Of a stretch of DNA of 64,000 nucleotides, positions 62,900-64,000 are shown piece after piece. The stretch comes from Selaginella moellendorffii. Taxonomy: Eukaryota > Plantae > Lycopodiophyta. The notes under the pieces were generated by a model, which saw nothing but the letters and a program-made list of their open reading frames with translations, did not search any database and had not been told where the DNA came from. The stretch is from assembly GCF_000143415.4 (NCBI RefSeq), contig NW_003314311.1, forward strand, positions 1,248,769 to 1,312,768, in the 5' to 3' direction. Numbering within the stretch: the first letter of the stretch is position 1; the number at the start of each line of letters is the position of its first letter. Position numbers and translations under genes: made by a program.

Positions 62900-63230
62900 G
62901 TGGATCGACCTTTTGAGGTAGTACTTCTCAAAAACAAGATTGTGGATCTGCGAGGAGAGCTCCCTGGCGACCATAGAGAGGGGGATTTGGAACTCTACAG
63001 ATGTCCTGTGCCTCAATCACTCGCATCGCGTTGTTTTTTATTACAGTGCTACAATTTGCCACTGCCTGTTAAGGCGGTCAACGGGCCAGGGCTTGCCCGT
63101 TGACCGCTATCGCCGGGCTTGCACCTTAAATGCGGTAATGGGCTCGTCCTGGCCCGTTAACAGCCTTATAGCTGGAATCCACGCTGTTAAATCCCACCAC
63201 CAGTGCACAACAGTGGCCGAGATCCATGAG
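62900..63230 (-). pseudogene. Third, interrupted copy of the 60119-60973 ORF (5' part)
   Basis: MDL-ATV start region and EFQIPLSMVARELSSQIH match; interrupted by an insertion at ~63015-63168. Confidence 0.82.
63070..63168. mobile_element. ~99-bp MITE-like element with 21-bp terminal inverted repeats
   Basis: TAAGGCGGTCAACGGGCCAGG (63070-63090) versus CCTGGCCCGTTAACAGCCTTA (63148-63168), 2 mismatches. No TSD seen. Confidence 0.6.
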
Positions 63231-63539
63231 AAGAACGCTTCCCAAAAACGAATTGATGACAAGTTTCTAAACGCTTTGCACGAGAAACGTTCGAGTGAGA
63301 AAAAAACTCCCAGGTTTTACTCATGTAATAAAAAAATGCCATGTTGCGGATTCTTGTCGATACAATGTTAGTCGATGCCCCTTCTTTGTTGACTTAATAT
63401 GACATTAGCATGTGAGAGATTTTATGTGGTTTGGTTAAGCAAGGAGAATATGGTTGGAATTTCTGGCATATTCCATTGTGTTATATTATAAACATGTTTA
63501 TTTAGACTTTCTGAAACAAATTTTATAAAAATCTTAATA

Positions 63540-64000
63540 ATTTATAAACTTTCTGAAAACTTGCCTTTGGGCTGGATGCAACCATGGCCGCCTCTCTATG
63601 TAATTGGCTCTCATGAGAAGACTCGTTGAAACAATACCAAGGGTCGCAAATGATGTGTATGGTAATAATAAGAAGGATTATAAACCCATTTCCAATGTAT
63701 AACCATGCCCGCCACCACCTAGCATTTACAAGTAAAACAACAATTACCAAAACGCTTACCTGATCAAAATGAAGGTAAATATGAGTGAAGAAGTAGACAA
63801 AGAGCAGCACTCGAAAGATCTAGAACACAAAGAGAAAATCGCAAAAGGAGTCAAGATCTTTGGTCATTATATTCCACGAAGCTTTGCTTGGCCTGGTCTT
63901 TCTGCAAGAACATACGAAACAAAGACACGGCCTGGTCAAGATTTCCGGACTGGGAATATGCCGAGAGCATAATAGCATAGCATCTTCAAGATGCCCGTTC
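63540..64000 (-). pseudogene. Third, more degraded PPR copy (continues past window end)
   Basis: aaacaaagacacggc..gtcaagatt.ccggactgggaatatgccgagagcat and gcatcttcaagatgccc match 58687-58806; cctctatgta.ttggctctcatgaga matches 58304-58330. Confidence 0.8.

Overview
Gene-dense nuclear DNA of a seed-free land plant. The ~50-60 nt GT-AG introns, expanded PLS-PPR genes, a CVNH lectin and a PAS hybrid histidine kinase suggest a lycophyte such as Selaginella (inference). The first ~19 kb is an accessory/TE zone: a degraded Ty3/gypsy element, a candidate LTR with its PBS, a two-exon secreted-peptide gene, a young full-length Ty1/copia element with non-canonical TG...CT ends, a CYP72-clan P450 pseudogene, an F-box-associated-like ORF, a 21-copy minisatellite and a LINE RT relic. 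The core region (19-57 kb) holds clathrin heavy chain, an inositol polyphosphate 5-phosphatase, tRNA-Leu(UAG), a PPR-DYW editing factor, a BPG2/YqeH GTPase, an ARM-repeat protein, DEAD-box RH22, a DREB2-type AP2/ERF, RPA2, tRNA-Arg(UCG), a multi-PAS hybrid histidine kinase with two receivers, and MSH5. The last ~7 kb is a thrice-repeated cassette of an intronless bacterial-looking ORF plus a PLS-PPR gene, with reciprocal pseudogenisation and an embedded secreted cyanovirin-N homologue. Best leads: the bacterial/prophage-like ORF array next to CVNH, the spliced peptide-hormone-like precursor missed by the ORF track, and the PAS-HK. No database searches were run; family calls rest on recognised motifs.
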